From an uncultured bacterium (GTDB taxonomy: Bacteria > Fermentibacterota > Fermentibacteria > Fermentibacterales > JCC-6), in assembly GCA_965371785.1 (NCBI GenBank), contig CBDUZS010000002.1:2362-66361 (forward strand): a stretch of 64,000 nucleotides of DNA, read 5' to 3'. The notes beneath the pieces were generated by a model that saw nothing but the letters and a program-made list of their open reading frames with translations, made no database searches and had not been told where the DNA came from. Positions 9,485 to 19,848 of this stretch are shown piece by piece (within the stretch, counting starts at the first letter, position 1; each line of letters begins with the position of its first letter). The position numbers were made by a program, and so were the translations under genes.

Positions 9485-10059
9485 ACATCCTGAAGATAGC
9501 CTCTCAGGGCGGTCCTTGCTCGGTTGATCCGGGACTTGACGGTGCCTATCCTGATATCGAGGACTTCGGCGATCTCCTCGTACGTGAGTTCCTGTTTTTC
9601 TCTGAGAAGGAAGGGCTCACGATAATGGGGGGGCAGCTTGTTTATCGCTTCCTCGAGCGAAGCCCTCAGTTCGACCTGGCCGGAGTCGTAATGTGGTGCG
9701 GTCTTGCCCGGGCTGGTCAGGTTGACGTGCTCGAGGGGAATGTGGACCCATCTGGAGCGTCGTCTCCATTCCTTCTTGGCCAGATTCGAAGCTATGGTGA
9801 ATATCCAGGTTACCAGAGGTCGGCCGGGGTCGTAGTTGTTCCTGTACCTGTGTACCCTGCAGAATGTTATCTGAAGAAGTTCCTCGGCTTCCTCTTCGTT
9901 GCCCAGCATCCTGATAAGAAATGAGTAAACAGGATTCTGAAAGCGCCTGACTACTTCCGAGAACGCATCATCATCTCCGGAACACAGGTCGATCATCAGT
10001 TGCGAATCCGACCGGGGGTCCTTTTTCTTTCTTCTGCCCGAAATTAGTTTTGCACCCAA
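9466..10059 (-). CDS. ECF-type RNA polymerase sigma-70 factor
   Basis: 197 aa. Region 2 (FSEVVRRFQNPVYSFLIRMLGNEEEAEELLQITFCRV) and region 4 HTH (LTYEEIAEVLDIRIGTVKSRINRARTALR). Confidence 0.8.
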   Translation of the reverse strand: MGAKLISGRRKKKDPRSDSQLMIDLCSGDDDAFSEVVRRFQNPVYSFLIRMLGNEEEAEELLQITFCRVHRYRNNYDPGRPLVTWIFTIASNLAKKEWRRRSRWVHIPLEHVNLTSPGKTAPHYDSGQVELRASLEEAINKLPPHYREPFLLREKQELTYEEIAEVLDIRIGTVKSRINRARTALRGYLQDVWEQWK

Positions 10060-10184
10060 ACGGTGTACCTCCGTGGTCGAGCCATATTTCTTAAGATATA
10101 TACCATTCGGCAGGTGTATAGTTCCATCTATCTCCGTTTCCCGTTTCCTTGACCATCTCCGGCCAAAGTCGGAGTATACCGTTT

Positions 10185-12086
10185 ATGAAAGAAAAAGTAT
10201 TCCTCAGAATCCTCCTGCTAGTTCGTCCGTACTGGAAATGGCTCGTCGGAGCGGTTTTCTTCGCGGTGGTATTCGCTCTTTGCAGCGGGGCAACCATCGC
10301 GATGCTGCTGCCCGTTTTCGATGAGATTTTCGCAAGAACAGGCGAAGAGCATCAGGATTCCGATCTGATCCCGCTCCTTCGGGAGAACGTTCAGCCGGAA
10401 CTGGATTCCCTTGCCACCTCCCTGGTATCCTTCCGCATAGGTGACGCCGTTGCACATGCAGGCGCCATCGGAAAAGGCATCAACAACAGTCTCGGAGCAG
10501 CGGATCCAGTCCAGGCGCTGTTCGCGATCATCCTGACAATGGTATTCCTGATCTGTCTGAAGAATGCTTCGGCGTACATGCAGGTATTCTTCCTGTCACA
10601 TCTCGAAGAGGGCGTGCTCTACGACCTGCGCAACCTTCTCTACTCCCACATACTCAGCCTGGATCTGGGCTATTTCGCCTCGTGCAGATCAGGTGAGATC
10701 AACAGCCGCCTTACCGCCGACGTACTGAGGCTGAGAGGAGCCATCTCCCAGGCCCTCATCCATATGATCAAGCAGACGGTCCTTCTGTGCGTTTTCATGG
10801 CGATAGCTCTCTGGGCTTCCTGGAAACTTGCTCTCGTTACCCTCGGCGTGCTTCCGCCGAGTATGCTGATAATCATCCTCCTCGGGCGCAGACTCCGTAA
10901 AAAGAGCCACAGGGCACAGGAGAGGATGGCCGATTTCGCCTCGATCATATCCGAAACCGTATTCGGAGTCCGTGTTGTCAAGGCTTTCGCAATGGAAAAA
11001 TTCGAAGAGAGCAAATTCTTACGTGTACTCGGCTTACACCGGAGAAGCGAAATATCTCTTCGCAGGCTCCATGCGCTTTCAGGTCCTCTGACGGAGATAC
11101 TCGGTGCCGTTGCAAGCGGTGTCATTCTGTGGTTCGGCGGGAGGGCCGTGCTCTCGGGCGACGGCATTTCTGCAGGACGCTTCTTCGTTTTTCTCGCAGC
11201 AGCGCTTTCTATGATGGATCCCATCAAGAGCATTTCCAAAGCCAATGCAGGCATTCAGGCAGGGCTTGCCGCGGCAGAGCGGGTCTTCAGGCTTGTCGAC
11301 AGAAAGCCGGCAATCCTGGATCCGGAGCATCCGGTTCCCTTTGGCAGCTTCGAGATGGAAATCGAGTTCCATGATGTCTGCTTCAGTTACGTACCAGGTG
11401 AACAGGTGCTCACGAACGTGAATCTCAGGGTTCCCCGCGGTGAGATTCTCGCCCTGGTAGGTCCAAGCGGAGGCGGTAAGAGCACGCTCGTCGATATGGT
11501 GCCCCGATTCTACGACCCTGACAGCGGAAGAATTCTCATAGACGGTATCGACCTGCGTGATATCCCCCTGAGTGATCTGCGCCGCAACATGGGAATCGTT
11601 ACACAGGAAACAGTTCTCTTCAACGACACCGTCAGGAACAACATCGCTTACGGTGAGGATTCTATTCCACTGGAAAAGGTCCGCGAAGCCGCGGAAGCCG
11701 CCAACGCCCTGGAGTTCGTAAACAACCTTCCCATGGGTTTCGATACGGTGATAGGAGAGAGGGGATTAACCCTATCTGGTGGACAGAGACAGAGACTTGC
11801 AATAGCCCGTGCGGTTCTCAAGGACCCGCCGATTCTGATATTCGACGAGGCTACATCTTCACTCGATTCACATTCCGAGCAACTGGTTCAGAAGGCGATC
11901 GACAGCCTCATGAGCGGTAGAACCGCCTTCGTAATAGCCCACCGGCTGAGCACGGTCAGGAAAGCCCACAGGATCGTCTTCATAGAAAACGGGCAAATAG
12001 TCGAAGAGGGCACCCATGACGAACTGCTCTCCCTCGGCGGGAGGTACCGGAGACTGTATGAGCTCCAGTTCGCCGAAAATGCATGA
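10185..12086 (+). CDS. msbA: ABC transporter permease/ATPase of the MsbA (lipid A exporter) family
   Basis: Six-TM domain followed by an NBD. Walker A GPSGGGKST, signature LSGGQRQRLAIARA, Walker B ILIFDEATS. The ORF track starts at 10149, but MKEKVFLRILLLVRPYWKW at 10185 is the typical MsbA N-terminus. A heptosyltransferase follows, overlapping by 8 nt. Confidence 0.8.
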   Translation: MKEKVFLRILLLVRPYWKWLVGAVFFAVVFALCSGATIAMLLPVFDEIFARTGEEHQDSDLIPLLRENVQPELDSLATSLVSFRIGDAVAHAGAIGKGINNSLGAADPVQALFAIILTMVFLICLKNASAYMQVFFLSHLEEGVLYDLRNLLYSHILSLDLGYFASCRSGEINSRLTADVLRLRGAISQALIHMIKQTVLLCVFMAIALWASWKLALVTLGVLPPSMLIIILLGRRLRKKSHRAQERMADFASIISETVFGVRVVKAFAMEKFEESKFLRVLGLHRRSEISLRRLHALSGPLTEILGAVASGVILWFGGRAVLSGDGISAGRFFVFLAAALSMMDPIKSISKANAGIQAGLAAAERVFRLVDRKPAILDPEHPVPFGSFEMEIEFHDVCFSYVPGEQVLTNVNLRVPRGEILALVGPSGGGKSTLVDMVPRFYDPDSGRILIDGIDLRDIPLSDLRRNMGIVTQETVLFNDTVRNNIAYGEDSIPLEKVREAAEAANALEFVNNLPMGFDTVIGERGLTLSGGQRQRLAIARAVLKDPPILIFDEATSSLDSHSEQLVQKAIDSLMSGRTAFVIAHRLSTVRKAHRIVFIENGQIVEEGTHDELLSLGGRYRRLYELQFAENA

Positions 12087-13029
12087 GAACCGCGGGAACC
12101 ATAGGACAGTCGTAGTGAGACTGCACTCCCTCGGGGATGTTGTCCTTTCCTCCAGAACCGTGGAGATCCTTTCGAGGAACTCGGAAGTTCATTTCATAAC
12201 GAGAGAGGAATACACCCCGGTCGTGGATATCATGCCCGGGAATCCGGTTGCGGTTCCACTCCTGAAGGGAGAAGGTCTGGTGGCGATAAGACGCCATTAC
12301 AAGAGGATATCCCCCGATCTCCTGGTGGATCTTCAAGGCAACCTTACAAGCATTCTAGGGCTATGGCCACACGGGGTGCACAGGTTCGTTACCAACCGCG
12401 GAACTAGAAGAAGGCTGCTTGCCGGAAAAGGGGGGGAAATGCCCCTGAGAGCGGCAGAGTACCTTCGGACGGCCGGCCTCGAATCGTCCGACACATCACC
12501 GGTACTCTCCGGAAAATCCTCAACGGCCGATCGCAAGCCGACTGCGGGGCTGGTCACAGGAGGGAAATGGCATTCGAAGTCGATACCTTCCGGGGTGCTC
12601 GAAGAGACCGCAAGGCTCCTCGTGGACCGGCTCGGCTTCGAGATCAAGCTTATCGGTGACGCGAAAGCGCATTCCGAGAGAATGGCGCTCTCGATTGCCA
12701 GGAAGGGAGTCCGGGCAGCCGTTCCAGGAGGGGTTGACTCCCTCATCCGGGAGATCGAATCCCTCGACATCCTGATCTCCCCGGATTCCGGACCAGCTCA
12801 CCTCGCAAGGGCACTCGGGATCCCCGTTCTGGTCGTATTCACCACGACATCACCCTCCCTGGGATTCTGGGAACCCGACTATCCCGGGGTCTTCCTGAGC
12901 AGCGAGCTTCCGTGCAGACCCTGTCACAGGCATGGCGGGAATCGTTGCCGTCAGGGGGAATGGCTCTGCAGAAAGCTCATTGTTCCTCTGGAACTGTTCG
13001 AAGCCGCGGAAAGGCTGCTCGCCACGTGA
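12079..13029 (+). CDS. glycosyltransferase family 9 (ADP-heptose:LPS heptosyltransferase-like)
   Basis: N-terminal VVVRLHSLGDVVLSS (cf. IRLSSLGDV). C-terminal DSGPAHLARALGIPVLVVF. Start ATG 12079 (MHENRG...) overlaps the msbA stop (ATGCATGA). Confidence 0.75.
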   Translation: MHENRGNHRTVVVRLHSLGDVVLSSRTVEILSRNSEVHFITREEYTPVVDIMPGNPVAVPLLKGEGLVAIRRHYKRISPDLLVDLQGNLTSILGLWPHGVHRFVTNRGTRRRLLAGKGGEMPLRAAEYLRTAGLESSDTSPVLSGKSSTADRKPTAGLVTGGKWHSKSIPSGVLEETARLLVDRLGFEIKLIGDAKAHSERMALSIARKGVRAAVPGGVDSLIREIESLDILISPDSGPAHLARALGIPVLVVFTTTSPSLGFWEPDYPGVFLSSELPCRPCHRHGGNRCRQGEWLCRKLIVPLELFEAAERLLAT

Positions 13030-13037
13030 AAACCCCC

Positions 13038-15572
13038 ATGATGCGCCAGTACATGGACATGAAGAGGCAGCACAGTGACGAGATACTCCTGTTCAGAATG
13101 GGCGACTTCTACGAAACATTTCTTGATGACGCCAGAACCGTTTCAAAGGTTCTGGGAATTGCCCTGACCGCCAGATCGAAGGACGGCAAGACCGGCGATA
13201 AAATACCTCTTGCCGGTTTTCCGTGGCATGCGCTCGACGGGTATCTCACAAGGCTTATCAGAGCTGGATACAGGGTAGCCATATGCGAGCAGGTGGAAGA
13301 TCCCGCAAAGGCAAAAGGGCTTGTGAAACGTGAAGTGGTAGAAGTCATTACACCCGGCACACTCGTCAGCGGATCCGCCTTGGAGGAGAGGGTAACGCTT
13401 CTTCTCTCCTCAGCCTTCACTGTGGATGGGCATGCAGGAATAGCCTTCTGTGACCTTTCTACCGGGGAAATTTCTGCCACGGAAGTGGATTCAGTCCAGC
13501 TCGACTCCGAGCTTGCCCGCAGATCCCCGAGAGAATTGCTCAGAATGAGCTCCGAAGTATGCCGCACCCCCGAAGGCTGCTCTCTGACGGTTCTGGAGGA
13601 TTGGAGGTTCGATAACGATCTCGCCGAAGAAACCGTAAGAGACCTTCTGGGGGTTGCATCCCTGGACGGGCTTGATCTCCGAGGGCGACCTTCCGTCGTT
13701 TCCGCTCTGGGAGCGCTGCTGCAGTATGTGGGAGAGACGAAGAAGGCAGCGGTGACGCACCTGTTCTGGAACGGGCTCTACCTCAGGGAAAACAGCATGA
13801 TAATCGACAGAACCAGCGCAAGGGCACTCGGGATAACCGAATCAATGCCCGGCGAAGAGGCCGCAATACTGTCACACGCAACAGATGAGACGGTAACACC
13901 AGCAGGGGCAAGAACATGGAGAAAATGGCTGCTCTCGCCGCCGCGAAGCAGCGAAGCAATCCTGTCGAGGCTGGATGCCGTGGAGGAGCTCTCACTGGAC
14001 TCTTCCCGGCTCGGTGAATTGCGGAAACATCTTGGAGACTGCAACGATCTTCTAAGGCAGTCGGGAAGGCTTGGAACTCTCAGATCAGGACCACGTGATC
14101 TGACGGGGATTGCGAATACTGCATCCCTGCTGCCCGTTATCGCCTCATGTATATCGGGCTGTTCGTCTGCAATGCTCAGGGAGTTCACGGCCATGGACAC
14201 ACTCACAGACCTTGCAGGTGTGATCAGAGACACACTCGAAGCCGAACCTCCGCTGAAAATTGCTGACGGCGGAGTCATCAGGCAGGGCTATTCCGGAGAG
14301 CTCGACGAACTGAGGGAAGTTCAGACGGGAGGAAAGGCCTGGATCGCTTCGCTTGTGGCGAAGGAGAGGGAAGCAACAGGTATCGCGAAACTCACAGTGG
14401 GGTACAACAGAGTATTCGGCTATTACATTGAGGTTTCGAAGAGCAACCTGGACAAGGTTCCGGAGCGTTTCGTCAGAAAACAGACACTCGCAGGGGGAGA
14501 GCGTTTCATCACACCTGAACTGAAGGAGTACGAATCGAAAATACTCCGGGCAGATTCTGATATCGTTACGCTCGAACAAAAACTCTTTGCAGAACTCAGA
14601 TCCAGAATCGCACAGGATATCCCCAGAATACGCTCTGCCGGCGAAACCCTTGCGACACTGGACGTCATCACATCACTTGCTTTCATAGCCCTCGAGCGGG
14701 GCTACGTGAGACCGAAGCTGGAGACCGAGCCCTGTCTGAATATTACAGCTGGGAGGCACCCCGTCCTGGAGCGCCGCCTGCCAGCCGGCGAGTGCGTGCC
14801 AAACGATCTGGCTCTCGAATCCGGCAGGCGGATTCTCATCGTTACCGGACCGAACATGGCCGGTAAATCGACTTACCTGAGACAGGCAGCCCTTCTCGTC
14901 GTTCTTGCCCAGACGGGTTCGTTCGTGCCTGCCGCATCCATGACGTTTTCCCCGGTGGACAGACTGTTCACCAGAATAGGCTCTGCGGATCATATCCTCA
15001 GGGGGCAGTCAACATTTCTCGTCGAAATGGCTGAAACGTCCCTTCTGCTCAACTCGTGCACCCGGTACAGCCTTGCCATTCTCGACGAGGTCGGCAGGGG
15101 CACCAGCACATTCGATGGGCTTTCAATCGCATGGGCCATGGTGGAGTACCTGCATGAGAGCCCGGAACACCAGCCGCTGGTTCTCTTTGCCACACATTAC
15201 CATGAGCTTACGGCACTGGGCTCGAGACTGGCTGCCGCGGCAAACGTCAACATCCTTGTCAGAGAGACGGGGAACAGGATCGTATTCCTGTACAGGGTGG
15301 AGGACGGGAGCACCGACCGATCCTACGGGATACACGTTGCTTCCATGGCAGGCATGCCGAAATCCGTTCTGAAGAGAGCGAGACAGGTGCTCACAGATCT
15401 GGAAACGGGCCGCCACATCATGCCCGGAGTGGGGATATCGGACCAGCTCGAACTACCTCTATCGACACCGGAACATCCTGTCCTAGAGGATATACGGGCG
15501 CTGGATCCTGACTCCATCAGTCCAAAGAAAGCTCTGGAGCTGATCTACGAACTAAGGGAAAAGCTGGAGTAG
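13038..15572 (+). CDS. mutS: DNA mismatch repair protein MutS
   Basis: MMRQYMDMKRQHSDEILLFRMGDFYETF N-terminus. Walker A GPNMAGKSTYLRQ. TGRGTSTFDGLSIAWA. C-terminal HTH. The ORF track's upstream extension (12912) is out of context; ATG at 13038 follows the GT9 stop. Confidence 0.95.
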   Translation: MMRQYMDMKRQHSDEILLFRMGDFYETFLDDARTVSKVLGIALTARSKDGKTGDKIPLAGFPWHALDGYLTRLIRAGYRVAICEQVEDPAKAKGLVKREVVEVITPGTLVSGSALEERVTLLLSSAFTVDGHAGIAFCDLSTGEISATEVDSVQLDSELARRSPRELLRMSSEVCRTPEGCSLTVLEDWRFDNDLAEETVRDLLGVASLDGLDLRGRPSVVSALGALLQYVGETKKAAVTHLFWNGLYLRENSMIIDRTSARALGITESMPGEEAAILSHATDETVTPAGARTWRKWLLSPPRSSEAILSRLDAVEELSLDSSRLGELRKHLGDCNDLLRQSGRLGTLRSGPRDLTGIANTASLLPVIASCISGCSSAMLREFTAMDTLTDLAGVIRDTLEAEPPLKIADGGVIRQGYSGELDELREVQTGGKAWIASLVAKEREATGIAKLTVGYNRVFGYYIEVSKSNLDKVPERFVRKQTLAGGERFITPELKEYESKILRADSDIVTLEQKLFAELRSRIAQDIPRIRSAGETLATLDVITSLAFIALERGYVRPKLETEPCLNITAGRHPVLERRLPAGECVPNDLALESGRRILIVTGPNMAGKSTYLRQAALLVVLAQTGSFVPAASMTFSPVDRLFTRIGSADHILRGQSTFLVEMAETSLLLNSCTRYSLAILDEVGRGTSTFDGLSIAWAMVEYLHESPEHQPLVLFATHYHELTALGSRLAAAANVNILVRETGNRIVFLYRVEDGSTDRSYGIHVASMAGMPKSVLKRARQVLTDLETGRHIMPGVGISDQLELPLSTPEHPVLEDIRALDPDSISPKKALELIYELREKLE

Positions 15573-16040
15573 CCTCAGAGCACTGGATCTCACCAGCAGT
15601 ATTTTTCGCGACGTACTGAACAGGTGTTTACTATCGTGCGTTCATCCGTTATCTTCACCTCCGGCAGCACTGAGAGGTGGAAGCGTGAGCGAATGGAAGG
15701 TGAGAACGGCCCCTGGAGCCTCGGAAAAACCGGGCTGGCTGGTCGTTTCCGGTGAAAGACCGATCAGATTCGCAATCATCACAATGAACACCTGTTCCGG
15801 TCTCCTCCGGAACATGATATCGGACGGAGAATGGCAGGTCTTCAGGGAACACGACGAAGTGTCCATATCCATGCGGTTGATATGGTGCAGGAAACTCCCC
15901 ACCGCAGGCACGATACTGCTCTGTGCCCGCGAGATACCCGGAAGCACCATGTAACACTGAGGATGTCGGGGGATGTTTATGGGCTGACACACTGGCTCAG
16001 TGAACACTCCAGCCTTATCTTTCCTCCCAAGCCGGGAGGT

Positions 16041-16799
16041 ATGTTCATCAACGTTATCGACCCCACTTCAGAGGGCATAAGCCTGTTCCTTCCCGCGTAC
16101 AACGAGGAGGAAAACGTCCAGTGGATGGTTGAGAGGGCAAGGGATGCTCTCTCGGGTATAACCGACCGCTGGGAGATTATCGTTGTGGATGACGGCTCAA
16201 CGGATGGGACCGCATCGATAACGAACGCTCTCGCGAACTCGGACAAGCGCATCAGGCTGGTTTCTCACGAAACGAACAGAGGGTTTGGACAGGCTCTGAT
16301 AACCGGAATCGCTTCCTCCGTGTACGAGTGGATATTCTACACCGATTGTGACGGGCAGTTCGATCTCGACGAACTGCAGCTGGTCTGGAACGAGCGGAAA
16401 GAGGCTGATATCGTCTCCGCATTCAGGCGAAGAAGACAGGATCCGGGGATGAGGCTGTTCTATTCACTTGCCTACACCACTCTCACACTGATCATGTTCG
16501 GTAAGGGCTTCAAGGATTGCGATTCTTCCTTCAAACTCTACAGAAAGGCGATCTTCAGCCGTGTCAAACCCCGCTCGACCTGCGGAGTCGCCGATTTCGA
16601 GATTCTCACACTGGCCAGAGGGCTCGGCTACCGGGTCCGTCAGATTCCCGTTTCCCACTTTCCCCGAAGAGCTGGATCGGTATCCTTCGAATCGGTAAGG
16701 AAAGGTTTCCTCGTCTGGGTGCGCATGTCCGCTCTGCTCGAGATGTTCGTACAGCTCCTGGCCTTCAGGATCAGGGTATTTCGCGGAAAGGTGAGATGA
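16041..16799 (+). CDS. glycosyltransferase family 2, polyprenol-phosphate sugar transferase-like (Dpm1/Ppm1/ArnC-like)
   Basis: ISLFLPAYNEEENV...IIVVDDGSTDGT...DCDGQFD. The DxD and DDGS motifs are typical of GT2 polyisoprenyl-phosphate glycosyltransferases. RBS GGGAGG 3 nt upstream of ATG 16041. Confidence 0.85.
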   Translation: MFINVIDPTSEGISLFLPAYNEEENVQWMVERARDALSGITDRWEIIVVDDGSTDGTASITNALANSDKRIRLVSHETNRGFGQALITGIASSVYEWIFYTDCDGQFDLDELQLVWNERKEADIVSAFRRRRQDPGMRLFYSLAYTTLTLIMFGKGFKDCDSSFKLYRKAIFSRVKPRSTCGVADFEILTLARGLGYRVRQIPVSHFPRRAGSVSFESVRKGFLVWVRMSALLEMFVQLLAFRIRVFRGKVR

Positions 16800-18232
16800 G
16801 AAGACCGAGAGCCCTTCTCACAACTCCTCTGCCACCGCTTGAAACAGGTCTGGCGACCTATGCGATCAGGGTACTCGACGGCACGAGTGATCTGATCGAC
16901 TGGACGGTTGCTTACACTCCGGGTTCCGACCCGGGGAGCCTGCCCGCGGAAATGACATCCATCCCCGTTGCAGAACTCCATGAACCTGCCCGAATCAGAA
17001 TTTTCCAGCTCGGTAATTCACCCCACTGTTTCGACGTGCTTTCTGCCCTCTACAGGTTCGGTGGAACAGGCCTGTTCCACGAGGTCCATCTCCATCACAT
17101 GATCAGGCATTGCTGCCTTGAGAGAGGTCTTCTGCCGGACTACTCCAGAGAACTGCGGTTCGAATACGGTCCCTCAGCCGAAGCCGTGGAGAAACTCCTT
17201 TCCATACGACCATCCGACGAGGCCGAATACGATGCAAGGCTCAAGCGTTATCCCCTTATTGCAAGGGCGGTTCATGCGTGCGGCAGCCTCGTGTGTCTCA
17301 ACGGCTACGCAGCCTCCATACTTCGCGGCAGAGGCAAGATGGTTACAACGATTCGTCACCCGCTGAGCAGGCTTCCCGATCGCCTCGAATCGATGGAGAA
17401 ACCCGGAGATCCCGTCATCGGGATGGCCGGAGGGTTCCACTACGGCCGAAATCTCGAATCGGTGATCAAGGCGGTGAGCATCCTGAGGAGATCGTGTCCC
17501 GATGCGGTTCTGCTCCTCGCGGGAGGGGGTTACCCGGAGGGGCTTCCCGACTGGGTCGTCAGGGCGTCTGGCAGGCTGCCTGAAAGGGAATACCAGCAGT
17601 GGATAAGGGTAATGGACGTTGCCGTTGACATACGCCACCCACCACTTGGTGAAACATCCGGGAGTCTGCTCGAGGTGATGAGGGCAGGGGTGCCCGCGGT
17701 TGTTTCCGCATCGGGAGCCTTCAATACACTGCCATCGGATTCGGTGACAAGAGTTCCGGTTGACAACCTGGTGCACGGCACCGCTGCTTCGCTCGAACTT
17801 CTTCTTGCAAGGGATGATCTAAGGCATTCCATGTCGGAAGCATCAAAGGCATGGGCTTCGGAGCAGGGCTCGCTTGAAGCACTCCGCAAGGACTGGATTT
17901 CCCTGATCGAAGAACAGGCTTTGCAGATTGATTCCACAGCAAGGGATAGAACACTCAACAGAAGGTCTCTCTCGCCCGCATGGCACGATGCGCCCCCTGG
18001 TTTCGAGCTGGACACATCGGGTAAAGCAGTTGCCTGGCGATTCGAAGGCACTGCGACGATCGAGGGTCCGTCCGGAGCAAGGGGAGCATGGGTCACGGCA
18101 AGAGGGCGCGGTGAAATTTCGGGCAGGACACTGTCGGAAACCGCCGCAGTGTACACAACGGCAGGCTCCTCGATCACGTTCAGCGGCAGGGGAGAGGTTA
18201 CGAACATCCACTGGTTGTCGGGAGAGATGTAA
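16796..18232 (+). CDS. glycosyltransferase family 4 (GT-B fold), with long C-terminal extension
   Basis: ATG 16796 overlaps the upstream stop (ATGA). GT4-like C-terminal core (GETSGSLLEVMRAGVPAVVSASGAF). Real N-terminus is MRRPRALLTTPL... Confidence 0.7.
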   Translation: MRRPRALLTTPLPPLETGLATYAIRVLDGTSDLIDWTVAYTPGSDPGSLPAEMTSIPVAELHEPARIRIFQLGNSPHCFDVLSALYRFGGTGLFHEVHLHHMIRHCCLERGLLPDYSRELRFEYGPSAEAVEKLLSIRPSDEAEYDARLKRYPLIARAVHACGSLVCLNGYAASILRGRGKMVTTIRHPLSRLPDRLESMEKPGDPVIGMAGGFHYGRNLESVIKAVSILRRSCPDAVLLLAGGGYPEGLPDWVVRASGRLPEREYQQWIRVMDVAVDIRHPPLGETSGSLLEVMRAGVPAVVSASGAFNTLPSDSVTRVPVDNLVHGTAASLELLLARDDLRHSMSEASKAWASEQGSLEALRKDWISLIEEQALQIDSTARDRTLNRRSLSPAWHDAPPGFELDTSGKAVAWRFEGTATIEGPSGARGAWVTARGRGEISGRTLSETAAVYTTAGSSITFSGRGEVTNIHWLSGEM

Positions 18233-19848
18233 TGAAACCGGCAGGACGACGGCTCCTGGCTGCTGCCGCCATTCTACTGCTGCTCATTCCTTTCCTGATC
18301 CATTTCATATTCAATGGTGAGGATATCGCAGGAGAACTTGCGGACGAAGCGATTATCTCCGGTGATTCGGATGTGTACGATTGTGTCTGGCATTTCTGGT
18401 GGGTAGGAAAAGCGCTTCGGATGGGAGCAGACCCTCGATTCTGCCCTTTGACTTTCTATCCCGAAGGCGCAACGGTTGCGTTTCAGAATATCGGATGGCC
18501 CGATACCTGGCTCATGGCTCTGACGGGTTTATCCGAAAAGAGTCCCGTGACGGCATACAACCTGTCCATTCTGTTCGGCACGATTCTGGCAGCCTGTGGA
18601 GCCTTCTGGGCCGCAAGACAGTGGGGATTGGATACCGTCGGCTGTTTCTTTGCAGCACTTGCCCTTGCATGGCTTCCATCAAGAATAGCCCACATGGGGC
18701 AACACTATCAGATCGCTTCGCTCGGGTATCTTGCCTTCAGCCTTGGTTCGATCAGAGCCTGGTTGACGGAGGGAAAAGCCTGGCAGCTCATCCTGGTCGT
18801 GCTCTTCTCGCTGCTTGCATGCCTCGAGAGCGCATACTTTGCCATGCTGGGAGGATTCGGCCTCCTGGCAACCATACTCCTCAGCTTGAATGAGATGGAT
18901 CACAAGGCGTACAGGATATGCATGCTGGTGCCTGCTTTCCTCGCGTCAGTAATAGCTGCCGGAGCGTTCTTCATGACTTCACCAGGGCTCGGAAGTGATA
19001 CCCCGGCTCTTTCCTGGCGGGAAGCGGTGTACTGGGCTGCCGACCCTCAGGCATGGCTCCTTCCGTCTCCCTACGGCATATTCGGCAGGCTTTTGTCAAT
19101 TCCGGCCAGGTTCTCATGGATGTCGAATTCCTTTGAGGGTGTGGTTACACCCGGTCTTACACTCATGGGTATCTTCATTCTGTCGGTGGTAAAGCGTAGA
19201 AAATGGTTACTTGCGGGGCTGATCTTGATTCTGGCGCTTCTCACCCTTGGACCCGAGCTGCGTATCTTCGGCCGGCCCCGGGGGATACCTCTTCCTTACA
19301 GGCTGATCCTGCTGGCTCCTCTTCTCGAAGGAGCAAGATCTCCATCGAGGTTTGCCCTGCTTGCGGGATTCTTCATCGCACTGGAGGCCGGACGGTATTT
19401 TTCGGCGGTTCGACTGAAATGGAAGCTCGTGCTCGGCAGCTGTCTTGTTCTTGAACTGATGCTCCCTTCTCTTGCGGTTATTTCGGGTTTCATTCCGGAG
19501 GAGTACGAACGGATGGGGGAATCTGAAGGTCCCTTGCTGGAGGTTCCGTCCTCCCCGCACGTGAGAAGGTACAGTTTCTTCCAGGTATCCGACGGTCTGC
19601 CCAGATTACTGAGCTTCATGGTAAGACCCGGGAGCAGCATAATACCGGAGAATCTCACGCCGTTCCGGCTCGAGACTTCGGAAATCCCGGACCGGCAGGA
19701 TGCGCTTGCCACGGGTGCAAAGCTGATCGTCTACAACAGGTGGATGTTCTCCGATCGGGAAAGGGAGATCTTTGACTCCAGGTTTTCCCCCCTTTTCGAG
19801 GGATTCGATACCGATGACTCGCTCTGGATCTGGAGGAGCGAAGAGTGA
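18232..19848 (+). CDS. polytopic membrane protein, putative GT-C-type glycosyltransferase
   Basis: 538 aa. About 10 predicted TM helices, then a soluble C-terminal domain. Acidic first-loop motif GDSDVYDCVWHFWW. Start overlaps the upstream stop (TAATG). Confidence 0.55.
   Translation: MKPAGRRLLAAAAILLLLIPFLIHFIFNGEDIAGELADEAIISGDSDVYDCVWHFWWVGKALRMGADPRFCPLTFYPEGATVAFQNIGWPDTWLMALTGLSEKSPVTAYNLSILFGTILAACGAFWAARQWGLDTVGCFFAALALAWLPSRIAHMGQHYQIASLGYLAFSLGSIRAWLTEGKAWQLILVVLFSLLACLESAYFAMLGGFGLLATILLSLNEMDHKAYRICMLVPAFLASVIAAGAFFMTSPGLGSDTPALSWREAVYWAADPQAWLLPSPYGIFGRLLSIPARFSWMSNSFEGVVTPGLTLMGIFILSVVKRRKWLLAGLILILALLTLGPELRIFGRPRGIPLPYRLILLAPLLEGARSPSRFALLAGFFIALEAGRYFSAVRLKWKLVLGSCLVLELMLPSLAVISGFIPEEYERMGESEGPLLEVPSSPHVRRYSFFQVSDGLPRLLSFMVRPGSSIIPENLTPFRLETSEIPDRQDALATGAKLIVYNRWMFSDREREIFDSRFSPLFEGFDTDDSLWIWRSEE

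Noticed and set aside
12912-13037. Extended N-terminus of mutS from ATG 12912 (MQTLSQAWRESLPSGG…).
   Set aside because: It lies entirely inside the GT9 gene in another frame. The conserved MutS N-terminus begins at MMRQYMDMK (13038), right after the GT9 stop.
15573-16040. RNase P RNA, because of GGAAAAACCGGGCT resembling the P4 GGAAAGUCCGGGCU.
   Set aside because: Mismatches fall in the universally conserved positions. No matching P1 stem or ACAGAACCCGGCUUA-type element was found, and the region is too short for a type-A RNase P.
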